A DNA stretch of 64,000 bases from Lingula anatina (taxonomy: Eukaryota > Animalia > Brachiopoda), in assembly GCA_051362555.1 (NCBI GenBank), contig CM120640.1, positions 45,734,788-45,798,787 of the forward strand, written 5' to 3'. The position numbers were made by a program, and so were the translations under genes. Shown here one piece after another: positions 10,701 to 25,600 of the stretch. The notes under the pieces were generated by a model, which saw only the letters and a program-made list of their open reading frames with translations, ran no database searches and had not been told where the DNA came from. Positions within the stretch are counted from its first letter, which is position 1; each line of letters starts with the position of its first letter.

Positions 10701-13700
10701 ATGGAAGCGCAGTGGTACTTTTTATACCACTGCCCATGGCAAAGGACCAGTGGATGGGATCGTAGGGGAAATGAAACATCAGGTTTGGAGAGCAGTGCTC
10801 CAGAGAAAAATGGTTGTAGATTCTATTTGGCTGGCAAAGAATTATGCCCCAATGTCAATGTAATGTAATGTACCTGTCTGCAGCAGATATTGTAGCAGCT
10901 ACCGCGCCCATCAGCAGTCGCTGGGAAAACTGTCCATCTGTTCCAGGAATTCAACACTTCCAACAGCTTCAGCCCCAGCCCGGTGGACATGTTCTTGTGT
11001 CAACCAATTCTCAGTACCAGCAACCCTCTTAATATGGTAAACTTATTCATATGACTGTGGACTTTAATTTGCCTGCACATCCACACTATGACAATGTCGG
11101 TCAAGGCACAGCTCAGTCTCACCAGGGAGATTTTGTCATTGCGGAGTTTGCTGCCAGGAAAGGAGTAAAACCGTTCTTATGTCAGGTCACCCATGACACT
11201 GAAGACGGCAAAGTGGAAGTCAGTTTCTTACGTACTGAAGGTTCTGGCAAAATAATCTTTGTGTACCCTGCCATGGAAGACAAAGCATGGATTCCCATAA
11301 AAGATGCCAAGGAAGTCCTTCCAATGCCTAGCATAGACACTCGTGGACTTTACTTGTTTCCATCACCTGTTAATGTGACTGGTTGAAAAAAAATCTCTAA
11401 AGTGCAGAAAAGATGTGTTCTAAGACTAATTGAAAAACAGGAATTATTATGTGAACTATCATGGACAGTGTTGATTGATGTTGAGAAATAGCAGTAATGG
11501 ACAGTGGATTACTTGTACATGAAAATTATACTGTGCCTTATCACTGTGTCATGATAATTAATTAATATTATAAACATATTGCATCTGGTGATTTTTCTAA
11601 TGTACAGAAATGCTATTTTGCAATAACCATCAAGTAAGATTCATTAGATACAAAAATGTGGCTTTTTAAACCTCTTTTCTAAGATTTTTCAACAGTGCCC
11701 AAAAGTGTCCCGTCAGAGACGTCCCGTCAGAGACAGTGACTTTTTACACTTAACAGCCCATGCTGCCAAGGAAAGTAAACAAAACTGGCCTGTTTGTGCA
11801 TTAATTGCTTCCCAAGACTTGTGCCTTGCAATATGAATTACAAAAGTCTTGATTAAATGAAATTTCAAAGAGAATTTTGCATTGGAGTTTTAGTAAAAAA
11901 ATACAGGGGTCAAAAATGTCCCGTCAGAGACAGACCTTTAAATGATTGTCATTCCCACATTTATTTCAATACAAATTAGCTGCTTGTTTCACATAATCCT
12001 TTATGGTCCAGCTAAATAAAAATATATTTAAAAGTAACCATGTGGATCATTTACCAACTGTAATTTTTAAAATTGTCTCTAAAATGTCCCGTCAGAGACA
12101 TTTCAAATACCGTGTTTTGACCCTAAAATGTCTGAATTTTGTTTGGCCTGCTCTTTATCAACTTTTATTTGTTGAGTTTTAATTTTTTTTTTTTTCAAAT
12201 TAGATTGCTCCTGATAAATGCCATGTGGTGGAATTTGAGTTAAGAAGTAGTAAATGTACCTGATATATGAGATTTATGTTTGAATGCAATTTGAAAAAGA
12301 AAATTATGAAAAGTGAATGCATAAAGAAATAACAGCACTAGCCAAATCTAGGCACCTGTAAAAACAAAACAAAAAAATCAACCAAAGTATTTTTATTTTA
12401 CAAAAGCAATATGAAATATGACCAACCTAAGCTCAATGCTTTCAGAGAGTTTAGGCTTGGTATTATATAACTGTGTACACTCATGTTTTTATTAAACAGA
12501 ATGAGGGCACAAAAATGAAGGTGAATTGCTTGAGGTTCAACATAGTGATCCTGATTTTATGAAAGAAGCCTTTCATGCTTAGCAAACAAGCACAGGTGCG
12601 ACTTACTTTTCTATCATTCATACTTGTAAAGATCGTAATCATTATATACTTTACCATTGTTACAAGGTGAGAGAAGTTCATGAACATCGGACCTTTTGGA
12701 GCAGTCAGTTGAAAAAAGGGTAAACTTTAGTGAACCAGTTTCCAATATTTATATTTGATTAGTATTGATAAACTAATGTAGTAGTGAGCAATCTAATTGT
12801 TCCAAGGTGGTGGCTTTTCTTAAAGACAGTGTTAAGGGGACTTTTGATGACCAGTCAGGCATGTAGACCCGGTTGAACAGAAATCAATTCATTTTTCAGA
12901 AACTGCGATTATTCGCAACATTGTTACACATGGACCTTTTCACGCATTTGCTTGTGTATAGTTGTCTTCCGCATCACGATTGAGAAAGTAAATAGTACGG
13001 TGCAAACAATACCCCAGACACCGTCTTTATCATGTGACTAATTAAGCATGCAGCCAGCATTGCCTTTTGCGTTGCAACGCATAGTACCTGTTGACCCTGT
13101 GTTTTTACACGTACCACAAAAGCTAGCTTCGTGTGTGCCCTATGATCTGGAGGGAGGGAAAGCAGCAGCGGACCCAGCCCATCCTAGCCAATCACCTCTC
13201 TTTGGCATCAAATTTGATTATCGCCTTTACGGAAAACTATCTAGAGTGCTACATACATCTCAGGAATAATAAAGACATCTTTTTCAGTGAAAATTTTCGG
13301 CTAGAACACCTCATTAGTTTTGAGTTCATAGGCAGACTCATGGGGTTAGGTTAAAAGTATTGAAAGCTAGGAAACCGAGAGCCGTCAGTACCAATATCCA
13401 CTTGCTGCCTATCATTCTACATGATATACACCTGATCAGTGCCAAACTATATCTTACACAGGTGGATTGGGGAGGGTGGGGTAACAGTGCTTAACTAACC
13501 TTAACTTTTATGACACATCTTGGTGTTTTTATATTTTCTGTGCTGGTTGCTTGTCAGTTGAGAACTGAGTAGATTAACCTAAGGAGCACAGCCCAAACCA
13601 CCTACAAGTGGCTGATCTTTGTCCAAGTCACCAACCTGAATGCCTTAGACTGAATTGATTGTACAAGAGTATTACTTGTGCATTTGCATGGAAAATTGCA

Positions 13701-16700
13701 AAGATGAATATCCACAAAGGTTTTTGACACAATCGATATATCTTATCCCGAGGCATGGCGTATGTTTGTTTTTCATTTTTCAGTTGAGATGCCATGAATG
13801 ACAAATTAAGAGTTATATCTCCATTTTGAACAAATCATCACACCTTGCCTTATTGATCAAATTAGCATTTTGTCACACAAGCAGAAGAATTTGAAAAATA
13901 AGATGTTTAATCTTCTGGTTTTGGATAACGATATCTGTATTTGTTTTTTAAAGGGATAAATGGTGAAAGAAAAGAAGGTCACATAACCGGATGTTTGCCA
14001 TTAAATATGTAATTTTCTTTTACTATTGCCAGTTCAAAGGAAGTAATATCAAAAAGTAAAAGAGACATATAGATATATTTAAGTTTTTTCATGTTGTTGT
14101 TATTTTTATTTTTTGAGATAGCACCTTCATGAAAGTTACAGTAATTACTCAGTCTTTACATAGAGAAAATTGTTAATTTTTTAGATGCTGTATTTTTAAA
14201 GTCATAAATTCCTAAAATTAGAACATTCCCAATTACAAATTACAAATTGAAAAGCAGGCTACCCTTTAGTACTATTCTATGCAGTAAAAACACCACAAAA
14301 GCTATATACAAATGTGCTTTTTAATGATTCCAAAATTATGTGACTGAAAGATTGATCTTATTGTCCCCACTAAAAAGATTGAGTCATTAGTGTAATTTTT
14401 GAGAAAAAAATCCCATTTAGTAATTGTATAACATTATCTGTTAGTACATGTTAGGTGCTTTCCATCAAGTTACAATTTGTGCTTGATTCAATAATTTTTG
14501 GCATTTGCTGGATATGATCAGGACAATTCCCTTTTGTTTTTCAGCATTTCATGATGGGGGGTTATGTAGTGCATCGCATGTATACAGGGAATGGGTAATA
14601 TTCTGTTTGCTGGGTAAAAAAAAAAATTATACACTTTTTTGTGTTTTACCAAAAACTTCTATGACACTAACTTTCTAGCAATATAAACAAAAATTCATTG
14701 ATGTCTCACCCATAGTCCCAGTTAATGATTGATCAGTTGTGGTAGTAAATAAAGCACCTAAGGTAGAATAACTATTTTGTTTAATGTGACCAGTGCATTA
14801 CAACTTCTGCTATATGATATTGTGACACGAACTGTGGAGAAGTACTCCAGGTGGATGGTAATAACTTTTGATATTGTCCCCAGAGGAGAGATCATAGCTG
14901 AATTGTATTTTATTAGAAATGTTTGCCATGTTTGAATGAATACCTGAGAAAGGTTTTTTCAATGAGGCACTGGGGATTTAGTGCAAATTGTCGTAAGTGA
15001 AATGTATCACCTAATGAAAGTGAACTGTAGAGGCCAGATAGTGGTGTATTCCCAGTGATAGTGCTACCCGTCGATCCTCTTGACATTGCTTTTATTGAAT
15101 GTTATTTATTACAAGAGTATCGCCAGTTGAATATAATGTATCAGAGACTACATGCACTGTATGGCATATGTCAGACTAAAATTGCAATGAACTTGTTGAA
15201 CTCTGCTTTTTTTTATATCTGCCATCATGTACAATTAAAGGAAAGGGATCAGTCTGTGTGATGCTTTTGGCTCTAACAACATAAGTTACTGATGTAATTG
15301 TATTAGAGTAGGTCAACTACTGTAGTCAGGGAACTTGTTTGGGTGCATTTCCACTGTGTTGGTTTTTTTCACACCTTGGGATTGATGCAAATGTTTGAAT
15401 ATGAACCTGTTGAACCATACAAGCTGTAAATCAACCGCAAAAGATGGCAGGCAGTGCTTGCTAAGTTATACCACGCTTTGATCATGCCGCGTGCTTTTCA
15501 AGACTCGCGATCATGCAATATCGTTTCGTGCATCATCTGACCCTGAGAAGAATATTATAGTGTCATCATCAGTGTGACATTTGTTCAGTTTGCTTTGATT
15601 AAAAAAAAAAAAAAAGAAAAAAAAAATGTCCGTGCACCACTTTTGATAAATATGCGTCAGGACCCTCTAAAAAAATTGTTTGCGCACATTCATAACATTG
15701 AAGAAAAGCAAATGATTTGGGTAGGGCCGATTAGTCAATACTCCTACACGTATGTTCTGGTTGGTTCATTGAGACTCCAGTTTGACAACCATTACTCCTG
15801 TCTTAGTCTGGGGTGCCTTTGGACCCTTACTGACCGCAACAGCCAAGTGGATCTATGGCCAGTGAACAATTGGGTCTGACTGTTTACCCTGTGGCTATCA
15901 GCAGTGTTATACCTTGGGAAATGGATCTGTTTTTTGTTTTCTTATTGGACTGGTCAGGGGCAATCAAGCATGAAAAGAAAATCACCTGTTGCACACCTGG
16001 GCTCTGACCCCTTGACCTTCACGCATTGTGGACAAGCCCTGGACAATAGGGCCACAGCACTCAGTGCCGTCTTCATTCCTGTGTTCTGGAGCAGGAAAAA
16101 ATAGGTCTTGCAAAGTTGGTGTCTTTGGACAAGATGTGCTTTAGTTTATTTAATTGACTTTACATGTAAGAGAAAATTGGTGACTTCTCTCCTTGTAAGT
16201 CGAGAGGCTTTTCAAGTCATGTACTATGGAAAAAGCATTGATGTACACCAAAAATATTGAGTAAAAAAGGAAGAGCATGCTATTTCTAGGCAAAAAGGGT
16301 GTTGTTATGAGGAATTCTCAGCAAAGGGAATACAGTAGTAATATTGAATGGTCATTATGCTTGAGTGAATAAAATGAACATGCTACTTTCTCAGAGTTAA
16401 AAGATTGAAACCCAATACCTATTTGTTCTAGATAAATGAAAAGAATTTGCCATAAAACACGTACATTTTTACTCATTTATAGGATGCCATTGTTGTGCCT
16501 TGTGTCATAACTAGAATTCTATAGAAAGTATGGACCCAAGGGCAAATATTTTCTTCTGGCTTCTGTTAATTGCCATCATGAGAATTTCAAAAGTCCACTT
16601 GACCATAAAATAAACAAGACACTGCAGCCTTTGGCTATTCTGCCAAAACTTTTTATGGATCTTACTTAGTAAAATGCACAAAGGGGGCAAAAAATCTATA

Positions 16701-19700
16701 AGTGTCCACTATTCTGTGGTCACGTAGGAGCAATTAGTTAAGCTAATAACAGAAAAGCTTGACCTCAGCCTAACACCTATGTGAAGGGCACTGCATTATG
16801 GTCTGTATGTCTTGAAGTGTTGCTTTTCGACCTCTTTTGTCCACTTGTTTTTAAAGTGCGCTTCTCAAACTAACTTCACTGCCCTTTAAATTATAGGGCA
16901 AGAGTGTGTGTGTACCTATGGTGTTATATTTGATATATTACCCAAAATTGTACCACAAGCTGAAAACAAAATTATTATAAACACGTTCCATTTTTTTTAG
17001 TTTAGAAATGCATTTTTTCTTCAAACATAGTTGGTTTAAAACTCTAACGCTGAGTAAATTAGGATGATGGGCATTAATGATTTTTCTCTTCATTATTACC
17101 AAATGAAGGTTTACTTACTTAATTAGCATTGACTTAGTGAGAAGTAGGAAGAACACTAAGTAATTCTCAAGACAAAACCTCCCTCTTTTTGATTTTGATA
17201 TGACCAGGTATAACCTTTTTCTGTTTGGCCTTTGTGGTGGCATTTTGGGCCCAGAACTAGTGAAAGTCATGTCCAGTACATAGGACAATGACAGTATTGA
17301 TTTTTGCACTCATTTGAGACGGGGTGAAGGAGTACATGTATTGCAGCGTGACGAGCAATTAGAGAAAAAGAATTGAGCACTTTAACCACTTATCGGTTTC
17401 ATGTCCAACCATGAAAGGCCACAGCCCATGTCATCATTACAAAATTAATGAAATAAAAGTAAATCTTTGGGCAACAGTTCACACATGAAATTGATGGATT
17501 TTGTGTCGAGACCAGTAACAATTAGTAGAGGTTGTGTTATGACTGTCTTTGACTGGACTGAAAGTAGTGTAAAAGTTCACACATTTGTATGAACTCTTCA
17601 TTTTCCGGTCTCCCAATGTCTCTCATGATTATAGTTTTCTTTAGAAATTATTTAATAGATTGGTCAAGAAACTTAGATGACCTAGGTGCACGAATGATGC
17701 ACGTTTCACCCTACCAAATATCAGAAAAATTTTTGGAAGTACCATAAGATTTTTCGTTAACTTTCATCCTGTTTAATAAAGAAGTGTTAAATTTTGATTT
17801 AAAATGTTTTCTGAACAAGGAAAATAATAGTTTTCTATTTTTAATAATTAAAACTATTAAAAGCCTATTTGTATTTGGTAAATGTTATTAATTTCTTTAT
17901 ACATTCTTGTTTGTTTCTTTACAAGACAATCATTTTAGAAAAACATTTGTCTTCCTAAATTTCATATTTTAGTTCCATTTTACATATGAGAATGATTTTA
18001 CAAAAAATATCACTCTTTGTATCTTCCAGATTCAAACGCAATTTATGTATGGGGTAACGGTAGCAGTGGACAGTAAGTATAATCCAGTATCAGCAAACCT
18101 TCAGGACCTCTGCTGTCCTGGGTGTCAGATAGCCAAGTGGATTGTGAAATCTTACTTGACATTTGATTTATAAAGAATATTTCAATCAATGGAGGCAGGC
18201 TTGTTAAGACAAGTTTTCCCCGAGCAAACACAATATGCTTAATCTCCCACAACGTTAGGTCAGTTTTTGTGCAGTGTGATGAAAGGAACACAGTCTTTTT
18301 ATAATTGGATTGCTGTTGGCTATTTAGTTGTACTAATGTAAGGCCATTAGGGCAGTAACATCATTTACCCTGGCATTAGAAAATGTCAGAGGAGGTTTAA
18401 ACTGAAAAAACAAGCGGAGGGGCATGCTTAACATGCAATGCAATGTATATTGAAGAAGTGATTACATATTTTTGTACTTAATGGATGTTGTATATCATGC
18501 AGATTTGTGTGGTTTTACTCATAAGACTTACTTTTCTAATTTTTTATTATTAGTCCAGTATGTGTGGAATAAAAACAGGGTCTTTTTGTAATTAAAATGA
18601 AGAGCCTTTGACTCACTGAAAGCATAGGGGGTTGAAGGGCTTCTGTGGAATTTCCCAGTCTTCTATGACTGCATTTGTATGATTTGGATGGGTTAGCACA
18701 TTTTTCAAATGTATGGAACACAAGAGTTAATGGACCAAATGATTTTGAAGAAAAAGAGAATAATTTATTGTAGATTTATATTTAGTATTTAATATTAAAT
18801 GAGAATCATGCATTTAATTGTGATCTTATGTCTCTCATAACATCATTTCTTCCTGTATGGGAATGTTTTCTACCCAAATTTCTTAATATGAAAACCAAAT
18901 GCATTTAACAATGTAGTGTGCAACATGCAAGATCCAGCCCATTTCTTACAAAATTAATTTCTCTGTAGTAAAATTCAAGTGGCTTTATTTCTATTTAGCA
19001 TTTTAATTCGCCTCAATCATTATTTACCCCAGTGCCCACCATCATAATGGTTTACCTTTCTATCCAGGTTAGGCACAGGGAACAAGGAGTCTCAGCCCAC
19101 CCCCACCAAGATAACCCTCCATATCACCCCTCCTGCCCCAGCCACCAGGTCTACCTCTGTGGTCCAGGGGGTGGCCTGTGGGGCCAGGCACACCTTTATC
19201 TGGCTGGAGAATGGACAGGTGTTCAGCTTTGGCAACAACTTCTTTGCTCAGCTTGGGTATGATGTCAGAGTCAAAGGTTACAAGGATAACCAGGTGGGTG
19301 TTTTTTAAAGATATTTTTAATGGTGCATATAGAGAAATACAGCCTTTTATGGCCATATTACAATGTAACATGTTCCAGATTTATATGTGGTAATAAGCAG
19401 CTCCCAAAAAGAAAAAGAACAAAAGGAAGAATATGCTCAAAAATATGTAAGTGGTATGCATTATATATTCCACACTTCTTGTCTGATAAAAAAGAAAAAA
19501 AACACTAAAGCATACAGAAATAATGAAATAATTCAAATAAGAATTGAGCAGATTGTTTTACCTAATGGGAGAATCAATAGATAGCCTTGAGGCCTGGCTT
19601 TGCATGTCAGGTGCCAGTGAACTGCACTGTTTACTTGTTTCCTGGGTGCTGTATACAAATGTCTATGGTAATAAGAGGATGATGAAAGTTAAAATTGTTC

Positions 19701-22505
19701 TAGGAAATAGAAACTTGAAACTCAATTATAAAATATGATTGAGGCAGGAATTTGCCCATTATGTCAGTGAGTTCATAAAGTGCATGTGTTTCTATTACGG
19801 GATCAGTCACATAGTATTTCTTACATTGAGCCCTGTTTAGTTCCACATTGTGTGTTTTCCTGCATTTCAGCTGTAGTTACAGATGTCATTGTGTAGAAAG
19901 CTATAAAAACACTTTCTGTTTTGAGATCTTACCACTTTTCACATGATATACATTAATATGTCAGCTTTTGGAAAAAATAAAGGCTGGAGTATTCAAGGTG
20001 TTTGACTGCCCATGTTATAAGCACATTACTGTCAATATCCAGTGATGTGTATATATTTTCCCCTTTTTGTCATCTGAAGAAAGTACCATATAAAGCATAT
20101 ATTCCCAGAACTGTGTTCTTTTTTATTTACCAACATGTTGTATTTTGGGAGAACAACATATTGTGTTTTATATTCAACTGAAGTCAAATTTTATCTTGCA
20201 GGTCCGTCCTCATTTTATTCGTGCCCTGAGTTACCGTGTTGTCACCCAGGTGGCGTGTGGGGAGAAGCACACCTTGTTCTTGTTTGAGACTGGGGCAGTG
20301 GCAGCTGTAGGGTAAGGTATTCTAAACTAGAAGTTAGAAATCATACTGGGAAAACGTGTTAGATAACCAGAAAAGATATTGATTAAGTTATGACTTTTCT
20401 TTCTTTCAAATTTTGATTTAAATTTGTATTAACTTAGTATGTAATTTTTTTAATTTTAAATTCTTTACTTAGTTTAGTGTCTTACTTTGCTCAACACATT
20501 TCAGTTATTGTTCTTTTGCTTGGATTTTTGGGTGTCATCCTGTACGTTAAAACAAGTTAACTTTTAAAATCAAAACACACTTCCTGAAGCAGCAAGAATA
20601 GGAGGCACCACACAACAAGACCTGAATTGAATTATGTGATCTGACGGTCAATTTTAAACAAGAACAATGCTTTGATTTTTGAAGGGCAAACCTGTCTGGA
20701 CAGATTGGAAATAACAGTCGGATGGAGGCAATTGTTCCCATAGTGAATGAAGACATCGACAATGCTGTCCAAATTGCTGTTGGCTCCAACCACAGTCTGG
20801 TGCTGGATGGTAGGTGAAACTAATGACAGCAGCCTGCGGTATCTTTAAATGTGATAATCTTTTTTCTCATATAGATGATGGATGGATACATATGTATCTG
20901 TATATAGATTGATATCTATCTATCTATCTATCTGCATATCTGTCTGTCTGTTTGTCCTTCTGCCTGTCCAACTGTCTGTCTGTCAAGCTAGGGTTATGAC
21001 CTGACTGTATATAGATATATGCTCTGCTTCATAATATGGTGGTAGTGTGCTCTCTGACAGTTTAGGTGTAGCAGGGGTATTTTATTTAAAGGATATAAGT
21101 CGACCTTTTGTTTCTCTTTGAATCCAAAGGGATAATGTTACCTTCTTCTCCCCAAAGAATTTCATATTTTTTTTTATTCAAAGTTCAAATATCCCTTTCA
21201 TGTTATGATTAGAATTTATATCAAGATTACTTTACAACACTTGCATTGAAACAGTATGTTTAAAACATACGAATGGATTTTTTAAGCAACCATGATATAT
21301 AACATATTTTTTTGCTGTTACCATTTTAGCAAATGGAGCAGTCTTTGTGTGGGGTGCAGGCAAACCTTGTGGTAAAAAGAAGGGTGACATTTTAGTCCCC
21401 ACTCAGATCCAGTTTCCCAACTGCAGGACCATAGTTCAGGTGTCTGGAGGAAGCATGCATAGTTTAGCCCTCACAGGTGAGTGGTCTGTCTCTACAATTT
21501 CAGGCAATATTACTTTCTGTTTTTTTATATTGCCAAGCTAGGCTTATAGCCATGTATTTTCTTATTTGTGGTAATCATACTTGGTCACAGTCTTCAAAGG
21601 TGTGATGCCTCTGGACTTATATCATGCTAGGTAATATTTTTCTCCCATCTTTGTTTTAACAACTGACTCTTATCTTTCATCTAAGGCTTGTCCACAAGCT
21701 CTTGAGCTCACATTTTATACTTTTGAGATGAAAAGCTCAGAGATGTTAAGCCTTTAGGATGATATATGAGTCTGTCCACTTGGTACACTATTCTCTCAAT
21801 AGATGGCACTCCTGCTGTATGGTGTACTGACTAGACCACGGCAGTCTCCGTGATATATGTACATGCCATACTTTACTTAATATTGCGTGACAGCAAAGGG
21901 TGGGCTTTGTTGGAGAGGTCTAATTATCTTGTCTTGGCTGGATGTGGCTATTGTTCATTCTGCTGGAGTAGGATGACACAGATTTACAATATACCAAGGT
22001 GTATTTTATTACAATGCCAAGGGCTTCAAATGAGCCAGTATGTTATGAATAATATTTTGTTGGTGATCATGGAAGGAGGAGGAGGGGGGTTGTTGTGACA
22101 GACGTCTATCGCCAAATCAGTCTGACAGATTATTAGGGCTGAAAAAAAACTGGTTTTATGAGTTTGTGCTTGGTTGCTGGGTAAGACGGATTGAATGAGG
22201 TGGTTGTCTGTGCACAACTTAAAGATGAGAGGTGGAATGCACTCACCTCACCTTTGAGGAAATGGTCGCCTGATGTGATATGCTTAGAAGCACCTGTGTC
22301 CAGTTAACTTACAGCAGTGATGCTCCTGCTTGTCTTGCTTGTTTTCACAACCACCCTGATGACCATTTAATGATCCTGTAATGTCAAGGTTGGGGAAGGG
22401 TGGCATGCCTCATTCTAATTAATGGGACCTGTTGCAATTCTGCAGTAGTTCATCAATCAAGGGACTACTGCATGCTACTGAACTTTAATAAACTGCTAAA
22501 CGTGT

Positions 22506-22600
<95 letters not shown>

Positions 22601-25600
22601 GGTATCATGAACAGCACATCAATCACTCACCAGATTGATAAGTTGATGACTCTTCCACCTTTTCAAGCAAAGGTTATGTATTGGATAATAAACCTGTTGA
22701 CTTTTCAACTCACTTGAACCTACTTTTTATTGGGTTATGTTTTATATTATAAGCTCTGTGACTTTTCAATTTATTGCCTGCAAAACTTGTCTGGTTGTTA
22801 ATAAATCCTGTTGCAGTCTAACTTGTTTTATAAAAGGGTTATGTGAAGCAAAAGGTTAAGTTGGGAAACTGCTGAATTTAATCACTTTTGAACTCGCTGA
22901 AAAAAAATGTAAAGCCTTTTCACCTCAGTCAGACAGGTTATATTGTGAAGTGCGTCCTCGACTCCTGTATGAGTATTCATTTATTACAGCATTGCATGAC
23001 ATCCATATACATCAAAATTAGATTAATATGTCCTGCATACTAAGCATCATGACCAGTTTCCTGCAGGGCAATTTTTTTATGGAAGTTCATGGGACTGGTT
23101 CTTTTGGATGCACTCAGTTCACCCCTTCTAAAAAAAGTATTAATATGAAGCGATAACATCTGTATTTTCAGTAATGTCGTCCATAGAGAGATGAGTTAAA
23201 GAGTTTGGGGAGAACACAGGTGAAGTGAGTGAGAAGAAGGAGGGGGTTGAAGAGAAAGTGGAAATTGGGGGGGGGGGGGGGCGCAAATGGAAATATATCA
23301 GAAACATCCAAATAACTTCAGATAACCTCAGATAAAATGTTGAAAAAGCTTATAATTATCATAGATCATTTACTAAAAGTTGTCATTTTAATCCTAAAAC
23401 AGTGTGCAAAAATTCTGATCCTGACGAATCATGCCGCATAAAGGTTGCTTTTCTCTGGGTGCACCAAGTCTGTTTGTCTGACCCAGTGGACATCAAATTG
23501 AAATGATGGAGTGAACATAAGTTGTTGTAATTACCTTGCCATCTGCCCACTAGGTGGCAGTTATTACCCGACAAGGGTCAAAGGAGAGAAGCTCTGTGTA
23601 AGGTAATGCTGCCTCTCTGCCTCTATTGCTGCAGGCTGCAGACTTTATGGGAAAACTAAATGAATATTTTGAATATAAAACAAAAAAATGGATGGAAAAG
23701 AAGGGAAAAAAACTCTGCACTTTTTCCAGCAGTCAACTGTACTGAGCATAATGAGAAAGTGTTTTGGGCAAAGAGCTAACAGCCTTAAAACTTAAGAGTT
23801 ATGGTGACCCTCACTTACCTGAAAAACATTTTTTTAAATCTGGATTTTAACCACTTAACACAAAAACCGTTTGCAGTGGCCTTAACCAGCTACTGAGTTG
23901 TCTGAATGAAGACAACTCCGCCTGGAGCCAAGGCATCCTGACATCCTGAGGATGATACATTGACCCATGACATGCAAAACTCCAACAGCAAGTAATAAGA
24001 GAAGTGAGGTAGTTCAGGTGCACATTAGAAAGGGTGACATCTCACTCCGTTGGGGTCCCAACACTGCCATTCTGAATATTTTTTGTTTGCTTGTTTGTTT
24101 GTTTGTTTTTAAAGAGCGAAAAAAATCATTTTCTTGTTCATTGTCTTGAAATTATTTGATTTTTGTTTGTTTTTTGCATAAAGTAATTTTTGTCATTATT
24201 TTTCCCACCTCGACACTTTTTGCATGAAGCAACCTTAAATTTATTTTTTAAAAATATTTGTTTGTTTATTTTTTCAGTACTGATAGTTCTATTAATTCAT
24301 GTCAAATATTTTATATTTGGAAGATATATTGTCTTATTTCATTATTTCTGAAAGGGTTTTCTCACATTGGACAAAATACCTGAAATGTTTTTTTTTTTTT
24401 ATAACGCAGCTTGCCTGAGATGATTGAAAACAGATTAAAAGTGTCATTCTAAAACCCAAGGTCTAGCTAAATTTAGGCTTTCTTTTGTAAGCATTTGTAT
24501 ACATCAATCTTTTGAGAAACTTTATCCTTCTGTATATTTGTTTGTACACTATTGTATAGCACACCCCATTTCAGTTAGATAATACCAGTTTGATAATGCG
24601 ATTGTGCAAGGCATAAATCCTACACTCTTTCTATAAAAGCGTGTGACGTAAGGAGGGGCAATGTGAAATCGTGTGAGAAGATATAGATTTCAGGTGGTCA
24701 ACCCAAAATGAACACTTGTAGGGTGACACTATTGAACAACTCCAATGTGTCAACCATTCAAAATGCTAAGTGATCCAATTATTCATGCATACATTGCACA
24801 ATTTAATGGGTCACCTGCAGTGTTGAATCTCAATTCACAGCTGTCCACAACTGAATACAATTATTAAGTCTAGACTGGCTGACCCAGGGCTTGACCACTG
24901 ACCCAGGAAGTGAGTGACCAGTGCACCGTTCAGCCATTCTCATTTGATGTCTCTTTGACATGCACATTTGGCTCACTTACATTAAAATAATGAGAATGCA
25001 CTTGATTTTTTTATGATTTTTTTCAATTATCTTACAATATTTTTTCATATTTATTATATCATTTTTCCAGATCATTTAATTAAAATATCATCTAGCCCGA
25101 AGTTTGTGAAGAATTACTTTTTGTAAGAAATATCTGTGTGAAAAAAGTTAAAAGCTAATGAAAATGTTGTTTTTAAGTGTGAGACAAGTCAGTTTTGAAA
25201 TGAGGTGAAATATTTTTAATTGAAATATTTTTAATTGATAATTGACAAAAATTACAGTGGCTACGAAAAATATCTAAATCTGCTCAAAATATCAGTAGAA
25301 AGTGATGAGACTTTATACCAAAAAAAAAACTTGAAATGAGAGAATTATTTATGCATGTATTTTGTTCTGTCCTTGAGCACTTTAAATGGCGGTCTTGTCC
25401 AGTGCTACCTATCAATACCATTCATCTTTCTTTATCTCCCCTGCTGTGGTCATTTATTATGGATGACGCTTGACAGGAGATGGACAGAGGCAATCAATAA
25501 TTTAAGTGTACTTAGTGCATATCTTTTTGTACACTTGTGGTTTCTAAAAGTTGAATTTATTATGAGGCAGGGTCAAAATGATGACTTTGAATGATAGATA

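Larger units (their letters stand above)
7806..12123 (+). mobile_element. Sola2-like DNA transposon, internally deleted and non-autonomous, with a nested insertion
   Basis: Perfect 16-bp TIRs gggtcaaaacacggta (7806) / taccgtgttttgaccc (12108-12123) and 4-bp TSD TAAA (7802-7805, 12124-12127). 5'-GGG termini, eight subterminal TGTCCCGTCAGAGACA-type motifs and an internal transposase remnant. GRG termini with 4-bp TSD is the Sola2 signature. Confidence 0.82.

Noticed and set aside
22400-22717. 105-aa ORF with SLSLSL run
   Set aside because: Artefact of the (TC)44 microsatellite.
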